Shown: positions 12,239 through 26,900, counted from the first letter of the stretch. The stretch is DNA of 64,000 bases from Stegostoma tigrinum (GCF_030684315.1 NC_081377.1:21080001-21144000), one strand, 5' to 3'. Notes: a model not told the origin generated them from the letters alone. Made by a program: numbers and translations.

Positions 12239-14594
12239 TAACAGGCTAAGTAAACAGAGCTATAATTTAGACCAGGAGGAGACACTGTTGTTGAAACATA
12301 CAAGGGACTTATGAAGAAAAGGACCTGATAGGGTAGACCAATTGACCAATAGAGACAAGGAAGCTAAAATGCAGGACAGTCTCAAGCTAAGGGCCTGATT
12401 ATTTAGGACAGAGGTGAGAACTATGTATTTTTAAAAAGTTACAAAAAAAAAAACAACTTTGGAATGCTCTAGTCTGGAGAGTTGTCAATGTTCTCTTGAA
12501 TATATTCAAAGGCTAGGAGAGGCAGTCTTCAATCAGGGAAATGGGGATTATGTGAGAGAAGTGCAGTTGAATCACATGATCAAATTGCATAGCAGAGTTG
12601 ACTCAAGTTGTATGATTTTGATGAAGTGGAGAAAACCATCCATATACAGAATAAATAAGGGATAATTGCATAATTAGGGGGACAGTTATGGAAAATAAAT
12701 GAAAACACGTTACAGGACTTTGGAAATTGGGTCTCAGGTACAAAGCCAGGTTAATGGAATGTGAAGGCGGTTCTATTGTGCATCTTACTTGTATATTCTG
12801 GAAGGGGTCAGTTGGCTGGACTGGTAGTTTGCAAAGCACAGTGAAGCTAAGTGTGGGTTCAATTTGCAAACTGGTGGGGGTTACCAAAGACCCAGCTTCT
12901 CAAACTCTGCCCTTGCCGGAGATATGGAGAGCCTCAGGTTAAGCCACCACCATACATCCCTCCAATCAGCGCACAGCCTTTCGTACATTGGGACAATGGC
13001 AACTTTACTGTTTACCTTTATAGGTTCTGGAATTTTGGGCACGAGATGTAATTGTCATACTTTGCAGATTTTCATATGTGGGGACCAAGAATCCCCTTGG
13101 CAGTGGGAATAATTAAAAAGCAGGCACACAGATCAAAATCAGAGAGAGGCAGCATGTGTTTACTATTTCCCAGGTATGGTCTCTCAACTCCATCCACTCC
13201 AGAATTCCACCTAAAAAGGCTGGAAATGTGTGAATCCTGGGGAAGGCATTTCATTGAGTGAGGATTAGCTAGGATCAGCTAATTCAGATTGAACTATCAG
13301 AAGAATGCACTTAAAACATACTTGCCAATGAGAGATACAAAAACTTTGTTTTACCTTTGGCATACATATTGCTTGATACAATTGTCAGAGACCTCATTGC
13401 AAAACAGCACAATGACACATAATACAAGGACAAATGTTTGTTTTTTTACCAACTGCCTGTAGGCATTGTTTTCTTGACCTCTTCCATGCAATTCGTTCAA
13501 AAACTGAAAACCAGCTCACTTTCAGATGCAAACAGAAAGCACTGATACAAGTGGTGTTTGCACCACAGCGAGTTCTAAATTTCCCTCATTAGGTGTAAAA
13601 CAAAATTTCTTAATTGTCATGCATTTAAATTAGTAACTAAAGTTCAAACAATAAAAGTATATACATTTTGCACATCCTTCACATCAAATATGAAAATGAC
13701 AATTATTGTTTATAAATAGTCATTTAATTTAATGTTTACAGAGAAAAGGAACACCAGCATTCAAATAGGTTAATTTCTACGATTCATAGTGTAAGTACTT
13801 GCAAGTATGAGTACTCACAATAAACGCTATGAACTGATTACACAATTTCATAAGTTACTTCAGCAGTGTTCCCCCCCGCCCCCACAAGGTACAGGTGGTC
13901 TGAATAGATGCATAGCTGATTCAAGCAAAAAGAATCCCCAAATGTATGACTCCTGTATAGAATCAAAAGTATAAAGTTACATTTATATTAAAAAAAAATC
14001 CTGAGCTGAGCATGGAATTGCAATGCAACAATTCCTTCTCGAAGTCCTGATCTTTATGTAAGCATTTAAGGTTTCCTCAAGTGTTCTAGATTATAGCTAG
14101 ATACAGTAGAAATTATATCTTCCCAGTTGTCAGCAACCAATTCAGTTGAGAGAAGTGTTGAGCTGGCTTTAGCTAACCCTAACCTTGTAGTGGCTGGTCA
14201 GCCTCAATCCATCCCCACTTTCACTCAAGAAATGGGCATCAGTTTAATAATAAATTCACATTTCAAAATACAAAATACTTGCATACTGATTTTCCCTTCA
14301 AGGTGGGAGGGAAAGTTAAAAATCAGAAATACTCAAGCATTAACACCTTCAGGAACCTTGAAAGGAGAAATGGGGAGCAGAAAAAAAATATAATTACTTA
14401 GGAGGTACAATGCCAGAATTTGCATTTTCCTCTATTTTGGTTCATATTTTACTGTAAAATTAAAAAAGGTATTCTTAGTATGAATACAATGGTAGTAGCT
14501 CCAAATGGTATAGTTGACAAACTCAGCGGTCTGAGAATTTCCTTCGAGTCAGCATTCAAGATCGCAGCCTTGTGCCTGCTTTTGTTAATATTGG

Positions 14595-14850
14595 CTATCG
14601 TCTCGGAAGTCCAGCTGTGTGTAATGTCGTTGGCTCATGCTGGCATTGGCTCAAGTTTGGAATTCCAGTCTGAAATGGAAGCTGCATTGTGTAGGCATAG
14701 CCAAGACTGGGGTACTGAGGGGAAGCTGGGTAGTAATGTTCATAGGTAGGATATTGTGTATACAATGCAACATTGGAATCCAGGTACGAGGTGGAGGGCA
14801 GGACCAGGCCAGGTTGAAGGATGGTCTGTGGGATCAGGTATGGTGCAACA
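14595..14850 (-). CDS. RBM24/RBM38-like protein, last coding exon (256 nt incl. TAG)
   Basis: Acceptor ctttttccag|; (G)VAPYLIPQTILQPGLVLPSTSYLDSNVALYTQYPTYEHYYPASPQYPSLGYAYTMQLPFQ...LPRR*, alignable to the P/Y/Q-rich RBM24/38 C-terminus; phase fits the previous exon. Confidence 0.85.
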
Positions 14851-15109
14851 CTGGAAAAAGGTCAGAAAAATTAAGGTTAATCTTTTAGTGCCGATCATCT
14901 TTTTTATGACTTTTGTAAAACACTGATGCTTTGTATTGCTTTACTAGATCCATTTAAGTATGTTGGATCCTTTAATGTTGTTGATGCATGTTAATTTAAA
15001 AAAGGGTTAACTTGTGCACAGCCTGTGGGGATAGTTTCTGGTTGCAGACTCAAAGAAACTACCGAAAACGCCTCTGCAGGACTGTGTATTCAATCTGTAC
15101 GTCCAGTCT

Positions 15110-15280
15110 TCAACAGTATGCTGCATTGTTAAGGGCACTGTCTTTCAAAAATCAGTGATTAAACTGGAGGATCCATATGCCTGAAGATGTGGGCACAAGA
15201 GATTCCATCACACTAATTTAAGAACAAAGGAGTTCTCCTGGAATCCTTGCCAATATTTATCCTTTAAACACCATCAAAAA
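15110..15280 (+). mobile_element. Old SINE fragment with Deu-domain-like sequence
   Basis: tgctgcattgtt...gtcttt...ttaaac...gagttctcc...gccaatatttatcc resembles the DeuSINE central domain (from memory). Confidence 0.45.
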
Positions 15281-17889
15281 AACAAACGTTAGCCAGCTAG
15301 TTTGTTTGAAGACAACTATCTCAAAGGCTCGGCGTGACAGCATTCAGTACTGTCTTGCTTTCAGGAAGTGGATTAAACACATTTGAATTTGCATACAAGG
15401 AACCCAAAGTCCATTTCAGACAGCCTCTGATTTTCTTTACTTCAAAATGCACAACATTCTCTCCAGTCTTCACTATATTGAATGCTACTGTACCCAGTCT
15501 TTGGCCTATAAAAGATGCACAGTGAAGAACAGACCCAAGTATCAGCAGGCAGTTAACATTATACACTAGCACAGTTCTTCCCAACATATTCCTCTGTTCA
15601 AACCAGCATTTGCAGTACAAGTCAAAAAGCAGTAGAAGCTAAGACTTTTTGTGTAGCAAATACCAACCTCAAGAATCAAAACTAGAAGCAAAATTAAGAT
15701 CATACCTCGTTTACCACAGATCAATTGACAAGAACATATAGAAATAAGAAAAGCCAGCTGGATCATCAAAACCATCATATTCTCTTGATAACTGAATGGC
15801 ACATGCCTCCTGTTCTTAAGTCTTAATTCTTCCTCTTTGGAGGACATTAGAATTTTTAAATTCTGATTCAACGTTTTCCTGAGATTCTCAGGAAGACTCC
15901 TGCTAATTCTGCACATTTTCTGCATTCATATAACCAGCTATTCCAGAAATCTAAAGTACATAATCCCAAATACTGCACTGCTTTCTTTGCAACACAAGAC
16001 TTCTGACAGGAAGTAAAAGAACAGTCAGCTAAACACACAAATACGCAAAACATTTGTATTTCTCCTTTTGCCAACACTACAAATGCAGGAAGGAGTAAGA
16101 TTCTTGAGCCAAGGTCAGTTACCAATTGGACTGGTGTCCAATTAATTTGTTTTATCAAATGGGATAATCTTGATTCTTGGGTGTATGTCAGTAGCAATCA
16201 ACTGAGGTCCTGAACTTGTAATCTTTACAATGAATGGCCCAGATTTAAAAGAACAAAATGTTTAGTGGAGAAGCAGCCATTTAGCACCGTACCTCAAAAT
16301 ATTTTGAATAGCCCTGTAAAGGTCTTAAATCAAAGTTGCCTCTACCACACTCAGTATCTTCCAGACTCTACCTAAACACCAAGTGAAAAGGTTTCTGGTC
16401 ATCTTGCATTTGCTTCTCTGAAAAACACTCAAGTGTGTACACTCAGGATTTTGGGAGGGAAAAAAACAATCAGATCTGTTCTCTCCATCAACAAAAAAAA
16501 ACAAACAAGAAACAGAGTCCCCTTCTTTAATTTATCCTCGCTGAAGTTTCCCATCCCTGTAAACCTCTTCTGCAATCTTTCCAATGTTTAGATCCTCTCT
16601 GTAGTATGGCATTTTACTCCAATTGAGAAGTCTTGTAAAAGGTTCAGTATCACCACCTTGCTCTTGTACTCTACGCTTCTACTAAATTAAGCCTAGAAAA
16701 CAGCATGGTTCAATTCTGTCCTAGTCCTGCCACCTTCAGTGACGTGTGCACATCTATGCTCAGGCTTCTGCTCCTCTAGAGACTTAAGAGTAGCACCCTT
16801 TAAAGTCTTTGTTCATTGTACCAAAATACACCAAATATATCTCTAAATTGGAACTTCATCTGCTATCCTTCTGGCCAATACACCAACTTGCAAATGTCTA
16901 GTCAGGAATGAGTACAGCTCCAACAGCACTGAAGATGCTTGACACCATGATAAAAAATGGTCTGCTTGATCAACATTACATCCGAAAAACATTCGTTCCC
17001 TTCTGCCAATGCTCAGTAGCAGTTTGTGCTATCTCCAGACTGCACTGCAGAAATTCACCAAGGCTCCTTAGACAAAATCTTCCAAATCCACACCAACTTC
17101 CATCTAGAATGGCAATTGCAGTAAATACATAGGATATTATCACCTATAAATTATCACCAGCTGAGGGGAATACAGAGTACAGATCAGACTCATCTCAAAA
17201 ATAAAAGCAAAGGGTAGGCAAAGTCCTTCTAAAATTCCTCAGTATCCTGGCAAGGATTTACAACTTGCATTACAGATAGGTGCAAAGCAGGTTAAATCCT
17301 CAAGGCTGAAGGGAGATCCGAGTAAAGAATAGATAAGGTAACAACACTGGCTCCAACCTAGAACATGAATTGATGTTCTGGATTAATTCAACTGTAATTG
17401 GTTCATTGGAAGGACCAAGTCTTACTACCAGCTAGAAGTTAATACCTGATGTTATAACCAAAAGGGTTGGAATGCAGCTAATGAATAATATCTGGCCAAA
17501 CCAGATTTCCTCAATAGACCAAAAGGAACATGCACAGATGACAAGGTCTTTGATTCAAGACAACTGCCCACTTCTGTCCCCTGGCAGTAGAGTTTTTTCA
17601 TTTGGCCTTACTACCTTGGACTTGGGTGTGATTTGCCTAGGTTGCACTCTCTCCTCCAGAATTGTCGTCAAGATGTTGCCCATGCTCGAGTGCAGACATA
17701 CACTTGAAGCATAGAACGCATAGGACTACACTCCATTTGGAGGCACACTTTGGGAGAGATGGGGCGGGGGGAAACAGAAGGACTCACCATCACCATCACA
17801 ATATGCAAGGTTAGACAGCAATTGTTCAAAGTATCACCATGCATGTACAGTTGTGATCTTGGAAAAGACCAAACTCTGAGTTTGATAAC

Positions 17890-18840
17890 TTGCTCGCCCA
17901 CCTGGCTTGTTTTTGTTCAGATGTTTCATCACGATGTTAGGTAACATCATCAGCAAGGCCTCTGATGAAGCAATGTTGTTTTACTCCACTGGGAATTTAT
18001 ACTCACCATCACGAACTGGACAGTAATGTCATTTCCAGTTTTGTTCTGTATATGGGGTCCAATTCTATTGGTTTGTTGATTGCATTATGGGTTGAGAACC
18101 ATGCCTCTAGGAATTCCTGTGCATGTCTACGTTTAGTTACGCTGTCCCAATTAAACTGATTGCCTTAATTTTCCAAGTGTACTAATATGAATGAAAGTTC
18201 ATAGTGTCATTTTGCTGCTAACAAGTGTTTGTGTATTCTGATGGCTATTTTCCTTCCAGTCTTCTACAAATATTACATCAGACAGCCGTTGCACGATATT
18301 TTGTAAACTACAAAAGCTTTGCAAGTTATGGGAACAGTGTCTTTGATCCTTGAGCGTAAGTCGTCGAGTGGCTGTGGACTTGTGTGCTACCGTGGTTCCT
18401 AGTGGTCTTAGGAGTCTTGTTGTCAGTTCTGATATGTTCTTGACGTACGGCAGTGTGGCCAGTGTCTTAGGGTGTACTGCATCCAGCTGTTGTCTGTTTA
18501 GCATGCACTTGTGGATGACTTTGTGGGAATATCCGCTCAGAGAAGATTTTGTACAGATGTTCTTCCTCTTTCGTGCATAGCTCTGGTGTGTTGCAGTGAG
18601 TATTGGCCAGCTTAAATAGTGTCCCAATACAGCTTTGTTTGTGGATGTTGGTGTGGTTGCTGTGGAAGTTGAAGATTTGGTCAGTGCAAGTTGCTTTCCT
18701 GTACACTGAGGTTTGGAACTCACCATTGGTCATATGTTCAATTATGGAGCACAGCACTACTTCATCGGAGGCCTCACTGATGATGTTACCTATAATGGTA
18801 ACGAAACCTCTGCACAAAAACAAGCCAGCTTGGCTAGCAA
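17890..18840 (-). mobile_element. Truncated Penelope (Poseidon-type) element with inverted terminal repeats
   Basis: Frameshifted ORF FQTSVYRKATCTDQIFNFHSNH...TLPYVKNISELTTRLLRPLG; inverted repeats at ~17890-17970 and ~18760-18840, each with a hammerhead motif. Confidence 0.85.
18777..18810 (+). ncRNA. Minimal hammerhead ribozyme motif (family B)
   Basis: CTGATGA-T-GTTACC/TATAAT/GGTAAC-GAAA-CC-TC: perfect 6-bp stem II; stem III CG mutated to CC. Confidence 0.55.
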
Positions 18841-19099
18841 GTCAACAACCACACCCGAGTGACAAACCTTTGCTAAATCTTGAATACCAAATTCTCCCAA
18901 TTTCCATTCAGTTCCCATAAAATGCATGTGTATAGTGTTACAAATGCCCTTTTCCAGTGGACACTAATGCTCAAATCTTTTCAAAATTATGCCAGAATTT
19001 TACAGCAACTAAAGAATCACTTCTCAGGTATCAAACACGGGACCATCAAGATCAAAACTTGAAATAACTCAAGCATACGAAAGGAAACATGCCACTTAC

Positions 19100-19151
19100 C
19101 CGTATGGTCTCTGCATTAGAGGTGAATGCACTTGCTGCAGGGCCAGACCTC
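19100..19151 (-). CDS. RBM24/RBM38-like protein, coding exon 3 (52 nt)
   Basis: atgctag|...|gtaagt; (G)GLALQQVHSPLMQRPY(G), compare RBM24 GFAFGVQQLHPALIQRPFG; phases 1 and 2 fit neighbours. Confidence 0.85.
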
Positions 19152-20853
19152 CTAGCATTTAAGGTGGTGGGGGGGAAAAACAAAAGACAGGGGAAAATCA
19201 GCATTAGAGTAGGTTTAGATTTAAGTAAAATGTAGTAATAAGAACATTTGCAAAATTTGGGCCTTCTTGGGCTGAACTCTCAAAAAGCACAAACTTAAAT
19301 ATCTCAGCTTGGCTTGCATGTCAAAGACTAGAATATAACAGTGCATGGAGATCCAGTCCCCCGATTTAGAAATTGGGAATAAAGTACTGATGCTTTCAGT
19401 GCCATGCTCAAATCATTTGTTAACACTACACTCATACACCCCAATAAAGTTACTTGGTTGAGGTACTGAATTGCTGTAATCACATGAGTAAGATTGATGT
19501 TGTCCCATAAAGATAATGGGGCACGTTTTGCAGAATTCAAGATAATTAAGTTAAACCCAGGTAGAATGCACAATATTACAAGTAGAGCTGGAAGGTCCAA
19601 AGAGGCACAGAACCTCGATTTAAAAGTTGCAAGACAAATGTTACATTAGTATATTTTGTTAGGAAAATTGATACAGCCTCCAGCAACATTCAGACCCCAG
19701 CAACTATCCATATTCTTAATACTCTTGTGCATTGGAGACTTGACCCCACCAGATGTTCCTTCCCATTAGATACTATTACGCAGCATAGTTTGTAAGAATT
19801 AAATGAAACGATTAGTGGATTTGGACAAATTGAAATGTAGATCAAAGCCGAGATTTGAGTGTGTCCTTCTGGCTTGAAATCCAATGCTTTAAATCACTCA
19901 TTTAGTGGTTTAAGAGGATAAATTATAATGAATTCACAGTCACTTTAGCTACTTACTACAGGCTCCTGCACATTGTGGAACAAACAGTAGCACGTGACTA
20001 CAGCATTTGAATGAGAATGGATGGATAATAAAATGTGACTTTGAAAACAAGATAAAATCATTTGGGTTAAATTGATCGCAGCTAGCAAAGATAGACAGAT
20101 ACTGGACATTTTAGAAATTAGTTGGGCAAGGACAAGTCTACAAGTTCTTCTGGAAATTGCTGCAAATTAAAATATCCAAATAGCATTGTTTTTTGCAGGG
20201 ATCTGTATCTATGTCTCCTTTAAGAAACACCACTTTTTGAAACTAAATACTAAAAAAAGTTGTAACAGGAGTATGTATTTCCAGTTTCTTCCAAGATCTT
20301 TTAAGTCTGCTGTCGTCCTCTATATACTCCAACTTTTCTGAACATTTACCTTTACAATAAGCCATCTTAGCAATTCATGATAAGGTGGCAACTGGAATTT
20401 GCTGCACCTCTTCACATCCATCTAGACTTAGTTTCAAGGGTTAGTGGTATGTTATGTATTCTATTTGTTGCACCCTAGTCAGTTTTTAAAACTCTCTGAA
20501 TCGGAGCTCATTCCCAATGGTAATTACTCAAATGGATGACATAGACTTGGACTAGTTACTTCCTTGTAGGATATGAAATCAGTGAGACATTAGGTTACAA
20601 ACGATAATATAACCATGCCAGAGACCAAAGAGAGCTTAATGGGGAATTGCAGCTTATATTTATTCCTCTATTGTAGGAAAAGGTGCTTCATCTAAGTTAT
20701 CGATTAGTTTTTGAAACTAGTAATCAAAATAGAATTTTTTTTTATTACCTCCAGTTTTAAAAAGTTGGCCTAACACAAAGCTGAGATTCAAAACCTAGAA
20801 CAAGTCAAATTCTACATTTTGTTCTTGGGGGAAGCAGGGGTATTGAAACATAC

Positions 20854-20977
20854 CTGAATGTACCATGCGGGGTTTGGCCCCAAGAAAGGCAAGGTTCACA
20901 TTAGTTTTTCTTCCATCAATGATAGGATTAGGATCTTTACATGCCCTATCTGCTGCAACCCAGTCTGCCATGGTGAC
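20854..20977 (-). CDS. RBM24/RBM38-like protein, coding exon 2 (124 nt, RRM C-half)
   Basis: ttacag|...|gtatgt; [41 protein letters not shown](G), close to RBM24/38. Confidence 0.95.
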
Positions 20978-23900
20978 CTGTAATTTAACCCATGCCAAAA
21001 GAAGTTTGTCAACAAAGAAATTCTAAACAGAAACAGGAGTTCACAATTCAGAGATTAACTTTGACAAGACAAAAAACCCAAACTTGCAGCCATTTCTGGT
21101 ACAGGTACTGTAGCCTCAATGCACGTATCTGAAGACTTTGACTTTTATTCACCCCCTCTTCTGGATGCCACACTATTTACCATAATATAATTTACTGTTT
21201 TTTTATATTCCTTGTCTGCTGAATGCAAACACACACTGCACTTTATGATCCAGTCCATTCATGACAGTAATGAATTGGACCTTCACTGAAAATTCTTAAG
21301 GGGCTGAAAGGTTATCAGAGTTAGGCAGGGATATGGGGTAACCAGATCAGTGGAGGAGTAGACCTGAAGACCAGGCAAATCACTTTTGTATATTTATTAA
21401 CGTGCAATTTAGACACAAAAGAATTAGCCCATGCTTGAACCTGAAAAAAGTTAACAGATAATCAAATTAAGGAAGTCCAAAGCCTGGCATGGCCTCATAA
21501 CAGTATGCTGGTCTTGGGACACCATATCCACAAGGATGGATAGAAAAGCAGTAGTATTCTTAAGTTTTGTTATTTGGCTTTTTGATGACCACTATTCATT
21601 GGAGGTATTTCAGGAATGTAATAAAAAGTAGGGATGCATTGCTGCAGTCATACATGGCCATAATCTGAAGTACTGTGTACTACTTCGGTTTGATTTAAGA
21701 ACATAAATGAATTATGAGTTCAGAGAAGGTACACTTGACTGATGCATAGGCTAGAGGAATGAACTTCAGTAAAATTGGTCCAACAGGACCAATATAGGAC
21801 CAGAAGAATATTAAGTGATACTATTTAAACAAAATCTTGAGAGGACTTAGGCAGGTGAATGCTGAGAGGATACTGCCCTCTATGGGAAAGGCTAGAACTA
21901 GCAGATATTTTAAAAATAAGGGGTTGAATAAACTGCAATCCTATTGAATGGCAGAGCATGCTAGATGGGCTGAAAGGGCTTGTTATTGGTTTGTAACTAA
22001 GAGTTCAAAAAGCAGCTGTCATCTAATGCTTCATACAGCGACTACTCACGAGCAAAGATATTTCAAACATACTGCATCCACTGCTGTTGCTGAAAGTATC
22101 AGTTGTTAGATTTTAAAATCTGAGTAGGTAAATTCTTATTTAGTATTAAAGGATAGAGGCCAAAAGCAGTTATATGGAGTTAGGCCACAGATCAGCCATG
22201 ATGCCATTTGAATGGCTTAAGGGCTGAATGGCCTACTTCTGTTTCTATCATCAAACCTGGAGTGTACAATGGGCGATACAAGCTGATGAAATAATTCGTA
22301 CAGTACTTTTAGCATAATAAAAAGTGAAGGTAATACAAAACAAGATGACTGAACCACATTTGAAAATAATAGGGAAGACCAAGGAAGGTTAAGTTCAAAG
22401 TGGTAAATTTCAAAGACTTCCTTAAAAAAAGGAGGAAAGCAAGAAAGGCAGAAAGGTGTAGGGGAAATTTCAGAGCTTAGGGCCTAGCTGACTGAAGGCA
22501 GAGTCACCAAATGGCACGATCTGATGTTCAAGGAGCCAAAATTAGAGGGCAGGTATCAAGAGTCATGGTGCAGGACGAGAGATCGGAGGTGAAAGTCCAT
22601 TGGTGAATTTGGAAATAAGCCCAATGCTTGATCAGAATCCTACACAAGTCAAATGAGTGTAAGTGTGGTAGAGGGAGCAGAACTCAAAGACAGGATACAA
22701 GCCACATAGCACTTGAATTACCTCTAGTTTATAGAAGACATTCAGGAGTGCATTGGAATAATTAAGACTAAAAGTAATAAGGTACAAGCAATGATTTCAG
22801 CAGATAGGCCAAGGCTTTAACCAAGAGGTTAGAGTTAAATTGTGAAAACAGACTGCCTTGGCAAAACTGCAAACATTTGGATGCAAGTTCACAGACTCTG
22901 AACCAGTCTGGGTTTAGTCCTAGACACCTGCCAGAAAAGGATGGTAGCAGTTTGGAATGGGAACTAAAAACAATGGTTTCAGTCCATGCACCATTTAATT
23001 TGAGAAAATTTCTGCCTGTCTATTAAGAAGTCAGATCAACAGTCTGATGATTTGTTGAATCGTAGAATTCAACACAAACACATGCAAGTTGCCCAGGAAT
23101 AAAAGAATGCCTTAATAACACCATAAGGGAGAGATTTGGGTTGATTTTCCCTTCACACAGAAGCACGTTTATGACTGGTTGTAAGCCTTGAGCATGTCTA
23201 ATAGCTCGGATCGAAGATTTTGAGCTCTGACAAACCTAGAAATTTATTAGTACAGAAGCAGGTTTTTAAGCCCATCATGACTATAGCTTTATGCTGATAT
23301 ACCCAGAACCCAAATCTACTCAGTGCTGTCCTGTAACTCTGCACCTCAGCACTTAAATGCTCGTTCAGTAGCACACAATTACATTAAAATCTTAACTGAA
23401 ACGTTGTAAACTCTAAGTTGTTTGAAGATTTTCACAATCCTAGCATGAGATTTTCACAGTGCATTTGTCCAAGAATGCCACATAACTAGCTGCCTGGACA
23501 ATTATCCTTTAAAATTTCAAAGCTCAAAATATGTTTGCTCCTTACTTCCTGTCACTTGATCTGCCCCACTTTTGCAGAAGTGAAGACATTTAAAAAAAGA
23601 GACTGAACCGGGTATCAATTCAAAATAATTTTCAATTCGCAATCCATGGAGCAAATCTGCAGTTGGCTTAAAAAACCCACCAAGGGAAAAGTATTAAAAT
23701 TAATTGATCACAATTTATGGCTGAGATTTGGACTGCAGGAGGAAATAAATGGGCTCAGAAAAATCAGCTGCACTCCAATTTGGATTCAATCTTTTGAAAA
23801 AGAAGAATGTTACCAACAGCATTTTATACTAATTGGAGTAACAGGACCTTGGCAGCAGGTTCATAAGCAATGGTGTATTTGCACTGTAACTCTTAATACC

Positions 23901-26900
23901 CTTGAAGACATGAGGCACAGAATACAAAGTAATAAGTCTGTTCCTCTGTCATTGGTGTATGGTACGAAGGTTTAGACAATGGACAGGCACACTGTATATA
24001 CATTATGGATCAGTGACTCCAGTTCTTAAATTAAAAACAGACTCAAGTAGAAACAACTTCCTTTACCAACCTCAAATAATTAGTATTCCTACTGTTTGAA
24101 AAGATGAAAGACCACCAATTTAAGATGAATGTAAGGAATTTAATGGAGAGATTAAAAAAAACTTATGCAACGTGTAGTTGAATTTTGTCATTCACAGTCA
24201 AACAGTTGTTGAAATAATCCAAAATTCCTTTTATAAACCCAAGGACAGTTAGAAGGTGAATATAAAGCAAAGAATTGCAGGTACTAGAGGTCTGAAACAA
24301 AAACAGAAAATTGGTGTTGAAACACAGAAAATCTGGCATCTGTGGGGAGAAAGAATTAACATGGAGTCCTGTGACTTGACAGTTCTGATGAAGAACCATT
24401 AACTCTTTTCTCCTCTTTGTTCCCCTCCCCCTGCCACACAAGCTAATAAGTATTATGGTAGAACTAAATTGCTCCAAGTCAGAGGTGTCCAGCACAGAAC
24501 CAACCACCAGGTTTTCTAAAAATATTGTCATAGTTACATAGACAAAAATCACTAGGACTCAAAATCACAGTACAGTAATTCTAGAGGATTGTGCAACAAC
24601 TAAGCTTTTGGATCTCTGACTAGCTGTTCTATTTATCTGTGAAGATTGGTCATGAAGTTAAATGACAGATCACCACCTGTGGCAAAACACTATGGTTGCC
24701 AATCAAATATTGCAATGCTGTCTTTCCATAAATAACAGCAATAAAGAGCCACACAATAGTTCAGTTAAAATTGAAGCCCATGGAATTAAAAGGGATCAGT
24801 AGCAATGTGAACGCAGAAATATTATTTCAAAATTTACAGATGGCATGAAACTCAAATGTGCTAGACAACAGAGGATGAACAAATCTCAGGAGGAATTTGG
24901 TGAAATGTGCAAAATACATCAGATGAGATTTGACAGAAGTGTGAAGTGATGCATTGTTAGCAAAAATGCCAAGAGGCACAAACTATCTTTTTAAAAAAAA
25001 ACGTTTATAGGAACAGAGAAACCTTGGAAATCTACATACAAGCTTTTCAACGGGTGGCAGGGCAGATGGAGAAAATGGTTAACAAAAACTACGTAAACCT
25101 TAACTTTTGTTAGTAGATGAGTACAGAGTTTAAAAAAAGTCAGTGAACCTTTATAAAACACTGACTAGCACCAACCTAAATTGTGATATTCAGTTTTAAG
25201 CACCACACTTTGAAATTGGTCATACAGGTAGGTTTAACTAGCAGGTTAAGAGTAAGGGAGGAAGCAATTCCAAAAAAAAACAAACTTACAACCTATGCAG
25301 ATGAAGACTCTACCACAAACAGGGAAAGGATGGGGAATAAAAATCATGGATAAAAAGTGGCAGAAATTTTGGTGGGTAGTTGCACTGGAAGAAATTACAT
25401 AGACAAGGATCGGTGAGGCCACAAAAAGTGATTTGGAAACAAGGATGAGATGAGATTTTAAAAAAAAAGACTAATAGTAGGTTCAGAACAAATGTAGAGG
25501 ACATGGCAGCAGGGTTTAGAATGAGGTCAAATTTACATAAGGTGCATAGTGGAGACCAGCTAAAAGAACATTCCAATAGTCAAATCTAGTTTTAACAGAG
25601 GCACAGGTGGGAAATGTAGTGGAGGTGAAATTTACTTTCTTTGGTTATGGAAAATGATCATGTTCTTTTCATCTTAATTCAGGATTGATTCAAATGCCAA
25701 GGTTGTAAATAGTTTGGCCCAAATTCAGTTGTCAGGTCGAGGGATGGACTAGATTGCTAGGGAACAGCTTTGGCAAAGACGAAAACAATGCTTTAGATCT
25801 TCCAGATATTTAATGGAATGAATTTTTTCCAAATCCAGTACTGAGGTGTGGTCACACATTTTGATAAAATCAGACTGGGGAGGGATTGGGCATTGTGGTG
25901 AATGGAAGACCAAAATGACTGTTAATTTGAAAGAAAGTTTAAATGATGTGGTGGCAGGGAAACACTTTCCAGAAATGAACACAGAAGGAAATGAAGTTTA
26001 GATGAGATGAACAGCAACTATACATCACCTGACATGATAGGTTGTGAATGTCTCAAAACAGGAACCTCTTTACAGGAATAGATCAGCGCTAGCCTGGAAA
26101 CTAAGCTTCTAAGGAGGTACAGTTGTGATATTTCTGTTTCCAGAGAAAAACAAAACCAGTTCCTTACTTGGAACACCCCATTAGTTATTCTGTAACTAAA
26201 TAGTTTAGAAATGGTCTGAATCTGGCCAGATTACTAAAAAAATTGAAGCATTAACATAAACAAATATTAAGAGTTAAAAAAAAATTAGCTCAAGCTTGCA
26301 CCAGACCAGTGGGAACCACTTACAGTTGGGACAAACTGAGCGCTTCCTGGTGATGTTTGTTTTCAAGTCAACTGGCTTTCAAAGCTCAAATTTATTTTCA
26401 TGTTACTAGAAGCATTCCACACAGCAGTGTACATAACACTTGAGCAGGGCTGTACTTGAAATATGTATGAATATGCAAGGTCAGCTTGATTCAAAGCCAA
26501 GACTTGATTTCCCCCCGACAGATGGATATTATAAAACTTCTGTTTCATACAGAAATAACCATTAGTTCAAATTAATGGACAATACTATAACTTAAAGGAT
26601 CAAATGTAGCAATAATAATGTCACAATATGGAAAGAGAAATATTTAAATAAGGGCCAGTAGCTGCACAAGGTGTGCTAGCTATCATATTAAGTAGGCAGG
26701 AACAAAAATCATACATTAAACTTGCCACAAAAGGAATGTCACCGATACATGGGACAATGTTGCACCATAAAATTTCAAGTTAAAGCCAGTAATATTTACA
26801 ATGGATTGTAAATAGTCTTATTCACTTGCATCTCATCCTTGTTTTCCGTTGAGTAATATGGTTGGATCTTCAGTGTTCAGCTGAACTAGCAAACACTAAA

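Noticed and set aside
14420-14888. Plus-strand ORFs of 109 and 83 aa, one hydrophobic
   Set aside because: Antisense shadows of the RBM-like last exon and UTR
18785-18802. GTTACC...GGTAAC as an RFX X-box
   Set aside because: Six-nt spacer is too long, and it is stem II of the TE-borne hammerhead motif
18199-18823. 175-aa and 118-aa ORFs as host genes
   Set aside because: Frameshifted Penelope RT-thumb/linker remnants
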